Source: Pontiella sp. (lineage in GTDB: Bacteria; Verrucomicrobiota; Kiritimatiellia; Kiritimatiellales; Pontiellaceae). From it: a stretch of 43,018 nucleotides of DNA. The stretch spans positions 1-43,018 of the forward strand of contig JBFHPA010000001.1 in assembly GCA_041592955.1 (NCBI GenBank). The letters are read 5' to 3'. The position numbers and the translations under genes were made by a program. Below the pieces are notes generated by a model, which was not told the DNA's origin, did no database searches, and worked only from the letters and a program-made list of their open reading frames with translations. Below are positions 1 to 8,690 of this stretch, one piece after another. Every line of letters starts with the position of its first letter. The first letter of the stretch is position 1.

Positions 1-1310
1 GGCACCGATACCACCAGCCCAATCAGCCATCCGTGGAAATTCCCTTTGCGCGTCAGAATGCCGAGAAGGAACAGCGCCAAAACCGGTGCGCTGAACAGGC
101 TCATGAATGTAGCGAAGGCTTTGATGATGCCGCCGATGGTGGAGACATAGAAGGCCAAGGACGTGGCTAATATTCCCAAGATAACTGTTAGAATTCGGGC
201 GAGGGTGACGTCGTTAAGACGTAATCTGTAATTCGTAACTTTAAAATCCGAGATTATTACAGTGGCGATGGAGTTGATGCCGGAATCCATGGACGACATG
301 GCGGCGGCGAAGACGGCGGTGATGAGCAGGCCGGAGATACCCTGAGGCAGATAGTTGATGATGTAGTAGGGCATGACCTGGTCGCCCGTGATCGATTCCG
401 GCAATACCGCAGTCTTAAAAAAGGCAAAGAGTCCGAGTCCGATAAAGAGCAGCAGACCGATAATAAAAAAGTCGGTGCCGGCATTGAAGATGACAGACTT
501 GACGGTTTTACGCAGCGAGCCGGTCGCCATGAGCCGCTGGACGGTGACCTGGTCGGTGCCGTAGTCCTGCATGAGTTGGAAGAAGAACGAGATAGCGACG
601 ATCGGGCCGGACATGGCGAAGAGGTCGAGTTTCCAGTCGGCAATATGCAGGCGTCCGGTATCCCTCGCCAGTGCCATGATCGTTTCGCCGCCGCCATCAA
701 TACCATACAACAGGCTGATCGCCACCCAGATGGCACCGCCGATAAGGATGACGAACTGGATGACATCGGTCCAGACCACGGCGGCGAGTCCGCCGAGGGC
801 GGTATAAGCCGTCGCGAGAATGCCCATCATGCAGATGCAGCTCCAGAGCGGAATACCCGTGACGATCGACATGGCCATGGCCGGAGCGTAGACGACTGTG
901 CCCAGCCAGCCGAGGCGGGCGAGGACAAAGAGCCCGGCCACGCCGTAGTGTGCGGAGGTGCCGAAGCGCTTCTGGATATATTCGTACGAGGTGGTGACCT
1001 GCAACCGGTGGTAGATCGGATAGAAGAGCAGGAGGATAAACGGCGCAACAATCGGACTCATGATGCAGACGATGACCAGCGATATGTTTTCAGCATAGGC
1101 GGTGCCGGGCAGGCCGAGGTAGGTGACGGCGCTGGTGAGCGAAGCATACATGCTCATGGCCACGGCAAGCCATGGAAGCTTGCGACCGCCGAGAAAGAAC
1201 ATTTCGGCACTTTCCTGCTTCCGAGAGAAGAAGAGCCCGACGCCGAGCATGGCGGCGAGATAGGCGGTCAGAACGAGGTAGTTTAGTGTGCCGAAATTAG
1301 AAGGTGCCAT
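1..1310 (-). CDS. Sodium:solute symporter (SSS family), 3' end runs off the window
   Basis: Not in the ORF track because it has no stop in the window. Both ends translated by hand from ATG at 1310: MAPSNFGTLNYLVLTAYLAAMLGVGLFFSRKQESAEMFFLGGRKLPWLAVAMSMYASLTSAVTYLGLPG...AAMSSMDSGINSIAT; typical SSS motifs and many hydrophobic helices. Confidence 0.92.
   Translation of the reverse strand, partial: MAPSNFGTLNYLVLTAYLAAMLGVGLFFSRKQESAEMFFLGGRKLPWLAVAMSMYASLTSAVTYLGLPGTAYAENISLVIVCIMSPIVAPFILLLFYPIYHRLQVTTSYEYIQKRFGTSAHYGVAGLFVLARLGWLGTVVYAPAMAMSIVTGIPLWSCICMMGILATAYTALGGLAAVVWTDVIQFVILIGGAIWVAISLLYGIDGGGETIMALARDTGRLHIADWKLDLFAMSGPIVAISFFFQLMQDYGTDQVTVQRLMATGSLRKTVKSVIFNAGTDFFIIGLLLFIGLGLFAFFKTAVLPESITGDQVMPYYIINYLPQGISGLLITAVFAAAMSSMDSGINSIATVIISDFKVTNYRLRLNDVTLARILTVILGILATSLAFYVSTIGGIIKAFATFMSLFSAPVLALFLLGILTRKGNFHGWLIGLVVSV
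220..240. repeat. Degenerate 7-nt tandem array (3 units) inside the symporter gene
   Basis: cgtaatc tgtaatt cgtaact; 21 nt, in frame. Confidence 0.5.
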
Positions 1311-1312
1311 GT

Positions 1313-2503
1313 TTAGAGGTCTAGTCCGGAGTTGCCGCGGATTGGTGACTCCATCGAGTCGGCAAGGATGCCCGTCAGTTCATCATCGGTCAGTTGGATG
1401 GGATTGCCTTTCATGCTGCTGGCCTGTTTTGCCTTCTCCACGATGTCCGGAATATCGTTGGCGGTGACGCCAAAAACTTCCAGGCCCGATACCGGCATAT
1501 CCTCGCAGAGCGCGTTGATCCAGTCGAGGGCATCGCTTAGCCGGGCATTTCTGCTGCCCGTTAAAATGGTTGCGACCTCCTGATATTTTTCGAGCGCAGG
1601 ATTTTCCGCGGCCCGCTCTTCCAACGCCTGGATGTTGGCCTGCGCCACGGCGGGTAGCAGGGCGGCGCACACCATGCCATGTGGTGCCTTGAACATGCCG
1701 CCGAGCGGGCCGGCAAACCCGTGCACTGCCCCGAGTCCGGCATTGGACAGTGCCAATCCGCCGCAGAGGCTCCCGAAGGCCATGCTGGTGCGGGCTTCGA
1801 TATCCATTCCATCCTTGTAGGCCCGATGCAGGGAGCGGGATACGCGCTTGAGCCCTTCGCGGCAGATTCCATCGGTCAGTGGATTGGCTTTGCAGGAAAC
1901 AAAGGCTTCCAGCAGCTGGGTAAAGGCGTCGAGCCCGGTGCTGGCGGTGACCTCCGGCGGCATCGAAAGGGTTAGTTCGGGATCAACGAGCGCGACCGCG
2001 GGGAGCATTTTGGGATGGCGCATACTGACTTTGACGTTGTGCTCAGGGGAGAGCAGCACGGAATTGCGGGTGACTTCCGCGCCCGTTCCCGCCGTGGTGG
2101 GTATGGCAATGCAGGGGGCGGGATTTTCGGTCAGCGGTTCGCCCTTTCCGATCACTTCCAAATAGTCCATCAGGTCGCGCGTGTTGGTGAGCAGGGCGGC
2201 CACGGCCTTTCCGGCATCAATCACGCTCCCGCCGCCGAAGGCGACCACCATATCGCACTCCTGTTCGCGCGCCTGCCGGGAAAGGGCGTCAATGCGGTCG
2301 GTGGTGGGTTCGCCGGAAATGCTGAAAGCCGACGGCTCGGCGCCGTTTTCCTTCAGGGCCCTGAAAACGGGTGCAACACGTTCGGCGCTCGAGCCAGTAA
2401 CGAGGGCGACGCGCCGGCCCATTCCCTTGACTAGGTCGGGCAGTTCCCGAAGGGTTCCGGGGCCGAAAATAATGCGCTGGGCTGTTGCGAATTCGAAGAT
2501 CAT
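1313..2503 (-). CDS. Iron-containing alcohol dehydrogenase
   Basis: GGGSVIDAGK, IPTTAGTGAEVT, GLDAFTQLLE and GLGAVHG...PHG motifs. Confidence 0.93.
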   Translation of the reverse strand: MIFEFATAQRIIFGPGTLRELPDLVKGMGRRVALVTGSSAERVAPVFRALKENGAEPSAFSISGEPTTDRIDALSRQAREQECDMVVAFGGGSVIDAGKAVAALLTNTRDLMDYLEVIGKGEPLTENPAPCIAIPTTAGTGAEVTRNSVLLSPEHNVKVSMRHPKMLPAVALVDPELTLSMPPEVTASTGLDAFTQLLEAFVSCKANPLTDGICREGLKRVSRSLHRAYKDGMDIEARTSMAFGSLCGGLALSNAGLGAVHGFAGPLGGMFKAPHGMVCAALLPAVAQANIQALEERAAENPALEKYQEVATILTGSRNARLSDALDWINALCEDMPVSGLEVFGVTANDIPDIVEKAKQASSMKGNPIQLTDDELTGILADSMESPIRGNSGLDL

Positions 2504-2565
2504 ACACGTCTCTCCACATTTGTTTTTCCAGCTTAGCGGGGAGGTGTACCTTGTCCAGAATCATT

Positions 2566-2593
2566 TTGACAATAAGGGTAAAAACGCTACATT
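2566..2593 (+). promoter_or_regulatory. Putative sigma70 promoter of the FmdB-family gene and downstream operon
   Basis: TTGACA-16 nt-TACATT, followed by a GAGGAG RBS before ATG 2627. Confidence 0.6.
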
Positions 2594-2626
2594 CCGACCT
2601 CTTTTCGGGTAGCGAGGAGATTTGGC

Positions 2627-2908
2627 ATGCCAACCTATGATTATGAATGCTCGGCCTGCGGGCACACTTTTGAGGCGTTCCATTCGATATCGGCCGAGCC
2701 GCTGTCGGACTGTCCGGAATGCGGGGGCGGGGTTAAGCGCCTGATTGGCGCGGGTGCCGGCATTCTGTTCAAGGGTTCCGGTTTTTATCAAACAGATTAT
2801 CGTAGCTCCGGCTATCAGAAGGCCGCCGAAGCCGATAAAGCCAAGGCCGATCCCCCGAAAAAGGATGAAAAGTCCGCTTCCAATAAGGATGCGAAAAAGG
2901 CACAGTAG
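2627..2908 (+). CDS. FmdB-family zinc-ribbon protein
   Basis: MPTYDYECSACGH...CPECGG...FKGSGFYQTDY signature; low-complexity K/A/D tail. Confidence 0.93.
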   Translation: MPTYDYECSACGHTFEAFHSISAEPLSDCPECGGGVKRLIGAGAGILFKGSGFYQTDYRSSGYQKAAEADKAKADPPKKDEKSASNKDAKKAQ

Positions 2909-2971
2909 CCGGCCAATTGCGATTTCAGTTTGGGACGGATTGCGTAACTGTAAAACAAGGGATATTGAACT

Positions 2972-4711
2972 ATGAAGGATAAGAAGGAATTCTACAATCT
3001 GTTGACCGAACTCGACGGACACCCATTCGCCGAATACCGGCAGATTATCGGCGATTTCGATTTCTCACGCTATGTGGTGAAGTGCACGAATATTGACTTC
3101 GAGTCCGAAGAGGGCGTCAGCACGGTTCTCACCGTCCGCGTGCCGCAGACCATCGCGGAAATACCCGAGTATCTCTTTGACAGTCCGGTGCGCCGCACGG
3201 CCATGGAGGACCTGCTGCTCCGCCGTCTGGCCGGGAATATCAACCGCATCGCCCACTATGACCACACCGGCATTGCCCGCCGGCACATCTATGCCTCCAT
3301 TCCCAACCAGAAGATTCTGCCCCGCAGCGCGCTGTTGATCACGAAGGAGTACATCGAAGTGCGGCTGCAGGTTGTGCTGCCGATTCAGCACATGCTCGTC
3401 GATGGAGAACCGCTCGTGTCGATCGACGGCGAGCTGGCTCAGCAGATCTTCTTTGAAGACCTTCCCGAAATCGTCAGCAACAGCCTGCTCTACTGCAACC
3501 TCGACGGCACCGATGCCGATGACCATGTGAACACCATGGAGGATGCCGACCGCCTGCGCCAGTATCTCGGTGCCAGCGGCATGGTCAGCTTCGTTGCGGA
3601 AGGTTCGCTGATTTCGCGCATCACCGGGGAAGACAATCCGGACTACGAGCGGCTTATACCGGTTGAAGTGGATGAAGATCTGATTGAAGAGATCGAAGTT
3701 CCGCATGCAGGTACGGTGCGCGGAGTTGGTATTCCGAACGGACTCACCCTGATTCTGGGTGAATCCAACAATGGCCGTGTCGACCTGATGAACGCGATCG
3801 CCCAGGGCATCTACAACCACATTCCCGGCGATGGCCGTGAGTTTGCCGTCACCGTGGCCGATGCCGTCAGCGTCTGTTCCGAGCTGGGCCGTTCGATCCA
3901 GCACGTGGATATTTCCCCCTTCGTCAGCGAGCTTTCGGACGGCGGCAAGCCCACGTCATACTCGACCAAATCCGCCGGCACCTTCACGTCGCAGGCGGCT
4001 TCAACCGTCGAAGCGCTCGAGGCCGGCGCACGCGTCCTGCTGTTCGACGAGCACACGTCATCGTCCACCTTCCTTTCGGCCGACGCCCGCGTCAGCCCCC
4101 TGATGGGCGCCTCCACCCGCAACACGCTGGCCGCACGCGCGCGTCAGATGGTGGATGAGCTTGGTGTTTCCCTTGTGGTTGCCGGCAGCAGTCTGGTGGC
4201 GGAATTCATTCCGGTGGCGGACAAGGTTCTCAAGGTGGAGAACTTCCGCGTGACCGACATTACGGAAGAAGCGAAGATGCTCGATATCGTTCCCTCCACC
4301 GTCGCCGACAGTTCGGCCACCCTCTCCTCGCTGCTCAGCCGCTCACGCTGGATCATGCCCAGCTCAATCGATCCCAGCATCGGCCGCGAGGATCTCGTCA
4401 TTGAAACCGATGGCATGGACTATCTCCAGTTCGGCCGGTCCATTGTTGAACTGGATGCCATAAAGCAGATTGCCGACGCCGATCAGGCGCGGGCCATCGG
4501 CTTCGTGCTCTACTACGCCAAGCTGCGCTACATGGACGAAGGTTACCCGCTACGGGAAATCCTCGATCTGGTCGACCGCGATCTCTCCAACGAGGGGCTG
4601 AACGCACTCGTGCGGGATCCGCGCGGCGATCTGGCCCGTCCGCGCCGCTACGAAGTCGCCGCCACGCTGAACCGTCTGCCGGCCTTCCGCGTCTCGCACG
4701 TTACGGACTAG
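2972..4711 (+). CDS. ABC-class ATPase domain protein (PF09818-like) with degenerate P-loop
   Basis: Family-like segments GIPNGLTLILG, GIYNHIPGDGRE, TSQAA, EALEAGARVLLFDE and DLARPRRYEVAATLNRL; Walker A position reads GESNNGRVD. Confidence 0.85.
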   Translation: MKDKKEFYNLLTELDGHPFAEYRQIIGDFDFSRYVVKCTNIDFESEEGVSTVLTVRVPQTIAEIPEYLFDSPVRRTAMEDLLLRRLAGNINRIAHYDHTGIARRHIYASIPNQKILPRSALLITKEYIEVRLQVVLPIQHMLVDGEPLVSIDGELAQQIFFEDLPEIVSNSLLYCNLDGTDADDHVNTMEDADRLRQYLGASGMVSFVAEGSLISRITGEDNPDYERLIPVEVDEDLIEEIEVPHAGTVRGVGIPNGLTLILGESNNGRVDLMNAIAQGIYNHIPGDGREFAVTVADAVSVCSELGRSIQHVDISPFVSELSDGGKPTSYSTKSAGTFTSQAASTVEALEAGARVLLFDEHTSSSTFLSADARVSPLMGASTRNTLAARARQMVDELGVSLVVAGSSLVAEFIPVADKVLKVENFRVTDITEEAKMLDIVPSTVADSSATLSSLLSRSRWIMPSSIDPSIGREDLVIETDGMDYLQFGRSIVELDAIKQIADADQARAIGFVLYYAKLRYMDEGYPLREILDLVDRDLSNEGLNALVRDPRGDLARPRRYEVAATLNRLPAFRVSHVTD

Positions 4712-4714
4712 GCC

Positions 4715-5170
4715 ATGCGGCTGGTGATCCAGCGCGTCAAACAGGCTTCGGTTGCCGTGGAGGGACAGTGTATTTCCCGCATCGGCAACGGCCTGCTGGT
4801 TCTTGCAGGGGTGTCGCACGACGACACCCCTTTTGATGCCCGCTTCCTGGCCGCCAAAACCTCCAATCTGCGCATCTTCGAAGACAAAGACGGGAAAATG
4901 AATCGCTCCGTCGCCGAGAACGGCGGCGAGATCCTGTCCGTCAGCCAGTTCACGCTCTATGGCGACTGCGCCAAGGGCAACCGCCCCAGCTTCATCCATG
5001 CCGCACGACCGGAGCAGGGCGAAGCGCTGTTCAATGAATATGTCCAGACTCTGGAAAAACTCGGGTTCAGTCCACACACCGGAAGGTTCGGCACCGACAT
5101 GGAGGTCGAGCTGCTGAACGACGGTCCTGTGACGATCATTCTGGAATCCACCGGCCGCACGAAGGAATAG
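4715..5170 (+). CDS. dtd: D-aminoacyl-tRNA deacylase
   Basis: MRLVIQRV, SQFTL, GNRPSF and NDGPVT motifs. Confidence 0.97.
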   Translation: MRLVIQRVKQASVAVEGQCISRIGNGLLVLAGVSHDDTPFDARFLAAKTSNLRIFEDKDGKMNRSVAENGGEILSVSQFTLYGDCAKGNRPSFIHAARPEQGEALFNEYVQTLEKLGFSPHTGRFGTDMEVELLNDGPVTIILESTGRTKE

Positions 5171-5265
5171 GTTTATTCTGTTTAACCTTTTTTGAAAAAT
5201 ATCTATCCTGTTCCGCATCTGTGAAACCTGCGACACGACAGAGTCAAATCTGTGGAGATGAAACC

Positions 5266-6636
5266 ATGAAGCAAAAGACCACTGTAGGGACAATTGACCA
5301 TGAGGTGCTGGCCTTCACCGCTGGTAGGGATGTGGAGCTGGATCATGTCCTGATTACCGCCGACTGCATCGGCACGGCGGCCCATGTGACCATGCTTTCG
5401 AAAATGCCCGTCCAGCCGGCGCTGATCTCGACGGACGAATGCGGACAGGTAATTGACGCCCTGGTGGAAATCATCGGTCTTGCGCGGAAAGACCGGTTCA
5501 CGATTGAGCTGACCGATCAGGATGTGCATCTGGCCGTAGAGCGGGTGCTGACGGATAAGCTGGGGGACCTCGGCAAGAAGATCCACACCTGCCGCAGTCG
5601 CAATGATCAGGTGGCCGTCGATCTGCGTCTCTATGCCAAGGAGCAGATTCTCCAAACGCTGGAGGAAGCCGCCGCACTGGCGACGGCGCTGACGGCCTTT
5701 GGGAAGAAGCATGAGGTGGTGCCTATGGTTGGGCGGACCCATATGCAGCCGGGCATGCCGTCGAGCGTCGGCCTATGGGCAACGGCCCACGCCGAAAGCC
5801 TGCTGGACGACTGCACCGCGCTCATCAATGCCTATGATTTGAACGACCAGTGTCCTCTCGGTTCCGCCGCGTCGTACGGGGTGCCGCTGCCGATCGACCG
5901 CCAGCTGACTTCCGATCTGCTCGGCTTCAGCCGTCCGACTCACAACGTGCTTTATGCCAACAATGGCCGCGGCAAGATGGAGAGCATTGTTTTGTCGGCC
6001 ATGAGCCAGGTCATGCTGACCCTCTCGCGCCTCGCGCAGGATTTCATGCTCTTTACCATGCCGGAATTTAATTATTTCAAACTGCCGGCCGAATTCTGCA
6101 CCGGCAGCTCGATCATGCCGCAAAAGCAGAATCCTGATGTCTGTGAGCTGGTGCGGGCCAAGGCATCGCGCGTCAAGGCGGCCGAGTTGGGTGTGTACGA
6201 TCTGATCAAAGGCTCGCCGACGGGCTACAACCGGGATCTGCAGGAAGCCAAGGAGCTGTTCATGGAAGGCATCGCGACGACACGGTCATGCCTGCGCATC
6301 CTTGCCCCGATGGTCAGCGCCACCGAGGTTAACGAACAGGCGCTGCTGGCCGGGTTCTCGCCCGATGTGTTTGCGACCGACCGGGCGCTTGAGCTGGTGG
6401 GCGAAGGCATGCCGTTTCGCGATGCCTACCACCATGTGAAAGAAAACCTCGATGAGCTTTCCTCCATCGACCCGGTCGAAGCGATCCGGCTCAAGACCCA
6501 TCTCGGAGCGCCGCTCGGTCTCGATTGGGGCTACTTTAAAGATCGCGCCGATGCGGTTACCGGGTACGTCGAACAAAAACGCGCGGCGTTTCACCAAGCG
6601 GTTACACAACTTCTCGGGACTAAATATCCAGAATAA
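5266..6636 (+). CDS. argH: Argininosuccinate lyase
   Basis: HTCRSRNDQV, GRTHMQ, PLGSAA, TGSSIMPQKQNPD and GYNRDLQE motifs; start moved to ATG 5266 after a GGAG RBS. Confidence 0.96.
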   Translation: MKQKTTVGTIDHEVLAFTAGRDVELDHVLITADCIGTAAHVTMLSKMPVQPALISTDECGQVIDALVEIIGLARKDRFTIELTDQDVHLAVERVLTDKLGDLGKKIHTCRSRNDQVAVDLRLYAKEQILQTLEEAAALATALTAFGKKHEVVPMVGRTHMQPGMPSSVGLWATAHAESLLDDCTALINAYDLNDQCPLGSAASYGVPLPIDRQLTSDLLGFSRPTHNVLYANNGRGKMESIVLSAMSQVMLTLSRLAQDFMLFTMPEFNYFKLPAEFCTGSSIMPQKQNPDVCELVRAKASRVKAAELGVYDLIKGSPTGYNRDLQEAKELFMEGIATTRSCLRILAPMVSATEVNEQALLAGFSPDVFATDRALELVGEGMPFRDAYHHVKENLDELSSIDPVEAIRLKTHLGAPLGLDWGYFKDRADAVTGYVEQKRAAFHQAVTQLLGTKYPE

Positions 6637-6637
6637 T

Positions 6638-6698
6638 TATTACTTACTGCGTATTACGTACTGGCCGGGTAATAGCAGTACGCAATAAGCAATACGAA
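6638..6698. repeat. Two inverted degenerate heptamer arrays between argH and yjbQ
   Basis: tattact tactgcg tattacg tactggc ... agcagta cgcaata agcaata; the right units are near reverse complements of the left units. Confidence 0.7.
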
Positions 6699-6708
6699 TG
6701 GTAAAACC

Positions 6709-7125
6709 ATGATTTATCGCGAAGAGTTCACCATTAGAACGGATGGCCATCGCGATATGCACAACCTCACCGACGAGGTTGGGCTGATTGCAGGCCGTTC
6801 CGGTCTGCAAAACGGGATCGTTCATGTCTTCAATATCGGCAGCACGGGGATCATCGGCACGATCGAATATGAGCCGGGGCTCGAGCAGGACCTGCCCGAG
6901 CTGCTGGATCGTCTGATGCCGCCGAGCCGCGATTATGGCCACGAGCGCGCATGGCATGACGGCAACGGGCATTCGCATCTGCAGGCCACCATGATGGGGC
7001 CGGAAATCACCGTGCCGCTGGCCGATGGGCACCTCCTGCTGGGAACCTGGCAGCAGATCTTTCATCTGGAGGCGGATATCAAGCCCAGAAGCCGGAGTAT
7101 AATTGTAACTGTTATAGGAGAGTAG
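6709..7125 (+). CDS. yjbQ: YjbQ/UPF0047 family protein (secondary thiamine-phosphate synthase-like)
   Basis: EYEPGL..D, WHDGNGHSHL and LLLGTWQQI motifs. Confidence 0.9.
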   Translation: MIYREEFTIRTDGHRDMHNLTDEVGLIAGRSGLQNGIVHVFNIGSTGIIGTIEYEPGLEQDLPELLDRLMPPSRDYGHERAWHDGNGHSHLQATMMGPEITVPLADGHLLLGTWQQIFHLEADIKPRSRSIIVTVIGE

Positions 7126-7131
7126 GATCTC

Positions 7132-7173
7132 AAACCTGAAACCTGAAACCTGAAATGTGAAATGTGAAATTGG
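7132..7173. repeat. Heptamer tandem array, 6 units
   Basis: aaacctg x3, aaatgtg x2, aaattgg. Confidence 0.85.
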
Positions 7174-7206
7174 AATCACGAAGCACTGGAGCGGATTATT
7201 AAATGC

Positions 7207-7285
7207 TGTAGCCGGGGGCGCTGACCCCGGATTTGAAAAGCGAAGTAATTCTGACGGGGAAGCGGGGTCGCCGCCCCCGCCTACA
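7207..7285. repeat. Inverted pair of GTAG-type REP-like palindromes (REPIN-like)
   Basis: tgtagccgggggcgctgaccccgg (7207-7230); the reverse complement of 7262-7285 is tgtaggcgggggcggcgaccccgc. Each is GTAG followed by a GC-rich hairpin. Confidence 0.8.
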
Positions 7286-7320
7286 ACACTTGAATGGCGG
7301 CCGTCACATTTCTTAAAACG

Positions 7321-7348
7321 CACTACTCACTAAGCACTAAGCACCAGG
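7321..7348. repeat. Heptamer tandem array running into the RBS of a small ORF
   Basis: cactact cactaag cactaag caccagg, then aacc ATG. Confidence 0.65.
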
Positions 7349-7352
7349 AACC

Positions 7353-7547
7353 ATGCAGTTGTTTACCACCATTCTATTCTGGCTGGGCATCATCGGCCTC
7401 ACCGATGGGTCACTTGGACTGCTGTTTCAGGAAAAGTGGCAGAAGCTGGCGGGAACGTGGAATATCCAGCGGTTGGCCCTGATCGAAATCGGGGTGGCGT
7501 TGTCGCTTCTGGCCAGTCATTACCTGCTGCTGCTGAATCCGGATTAA
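7353..7547 (+). CDS. Small hypothetical membrane protein (64 aa, two hydrophobic helices)
   Basis: AGGA RBS; two hydrophobic segments separated by a charged loop; fills the intergenic gap. Confidence 0.6.
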   Translation: MQLFTTILFWLGIIGLTDGSLGLLFQEKWQKLAGTWNIQRLALIEIGVALSLLASHYLLLLNPD

Positions 7548-7563
7548 TCTGCGGTTTGCCTGC

Positions 7564-7592
7564 TTGACTTCTAACCGCCTGCTTTCTATGGT
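7564..7592 (+). promoter_or_regulatory. Putative sigma70 promoter for the tRNA-Gln/prs operon
   Basis: TTGACT-17 nt-TATGGT. Confidence 0.65.
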
Positions 7593-7658
7593 CTTCCGCT
7601 CTTTTGAACTTGAGGTAGGAGAAGCAGCGGCTGCCCCGGCTCCTTTTTTGGTTTTCGT

Positions 7659-7732
7659 TGCCCGATAGTGTAATGGAAGCACATGTGACTTTGACTCATA
7701 GGGTCCTGGTTCGAACCCAGGTCGGGCAACCA
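7659..7732 (+). tRNA. tRNA-Gln (anticodon UUG)
   Basis: Acceptor stem tgcccga/tcgggca, anticodon arm tgtga-ctTTGac-tcata, T arm cctgg-ttcgaac-ccagg, encoded CCA. Confidence 0.97.
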
Positions 7733-7748
7733 TTGAAGAATTAAAAAA

Positions 7749-8681
7749 ATGAAGATACTTTCAGGAACAGGCCATCGGGCGTTGGCGGAGCGGATTGCTG
7801 CCGCTGCGGAAGTTGAATTGTGTGAGATAGACATCACGCGGTTCCCCGATAAAGAAATTTTCGTCAAGATCGTGGAAAATGTCCGCGGTGATGATCTTTA
7901 TATTGTCCAGTCGGTTTCGGTCGATCCGAACGAGTATCTCATGGAGCTGTTGATCATGATCGATGCCGCCAAGCGCGCATCGGCCGATCGCATTACGGCC
8001 GTTCTTCCCTACTACGGTTATGCGCGCCAGGACCGCAAGGACCAGCCGCGCGTGCCGATCACCGCCAAGCTGGTGGCCAACCTTTTGGTGGCTGCGGGCG
8101 CGAACCGCCTGCTGTGCGTCGATCTGCACGCCCAGCAGATTCAGGGATTCATGGATATTCCGGTGGATCACCTCTATTCATCGCCGGTGATCGTCAAATA
8201 CCTGCGTTCATTGGAGTTGGATAATCTGGTGGTCGTTTCGCCGGATGCGGGCGGATTGAAAATGGCGGACGCCTACTCGAAGATGCTGAATGCCGGCATC
8301 GCACTGGTGGGCAAGCAGCGCAAGAGCGCGGAAGATGTGGTGGCCAACCACCTCGTCGGCGAAGTTGAAGGGTGCAACACCCTGCTGGTCGACGATATGA
8401 CCTCGACGGCCGGAACGTTGACCGCTGCGGCGCAGCTGCTCGAAAAAGCCGGCGCAAAGTCGATTCGCGCCGCCGTAAGCCACTCGCTGCTGACAGAAAA
8501 AGGAATCAGGCGATTGCAGGATTCGCCGATCGAGGAGTTGGTGACGACCGATTCGGTTCCGCAGCGCAAATGGGATAATTTCAATGTTACCGTACTGTCG
8601 GTGGCTGACATATTGGCTGACGCTATATGCCGAATCCATAACAACCAGTCCGTCAGCTCGCTGTTCAGGGTTGATAATTAG
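7749..8681 (+). CDS. prs: Ribose-phosphate pyrophosphokinase
   Basis: PYYGYARQDRK, DLHAQQIQGF, VVSPDAGG and LVDDMTSTAGT motifs. Confidence 0.97.
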   Translation: MKILSGTGHRALAERIAAAAEVELCEIDITRFPDKEIFVKIVENVRGDDLYIVQSVSVDPNEYLMELLIMIDAAKRASADRITAVLPYYGYARQDRKDQPRVPITAKLVANLLVAAGANRLLCVDLHAQQIQGFMDIPVDHLYSSPVIVKYLRSLELDNLVVVSPDAGGLKMADAYSKMLNAGIALVGKQRKSAEDVVANHLVGEVEGCNTLLVDDMTSTAGTLTAAAQLLEKAGAKSIRAAVSHSLLTEKGIRRLQDSPIEELVTTDSVPQRKWDNFNVTVLSVADILADAICRIHNNQSVSSLFRVDN

Positions 8682-8690
8682 GAGAGAACC

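Noticed and set aside
576-1286. 236-aa plus-strand ORF
   Set aside because: Antisense shadow of the sodium:solute symporter.
5171-5265. Possible Arg box, attenuator or atctgtg-type repeats upstream of argH
   Set aside because: Only loosely spaced partial repeats; no convincing palindrome or leader peptide.
6640-7323. 227-aa minus-strand ORF
   Set aside because: Antisense to yjbQ and reads through the repeats (ISHFTFQVSGFRF is the translated heptamer array).
7659-7732. tRNA-Gln as an integration site for an island
   Set aside because: prs follows directly; no integrase and no duplicated tRNA 3' end seen.
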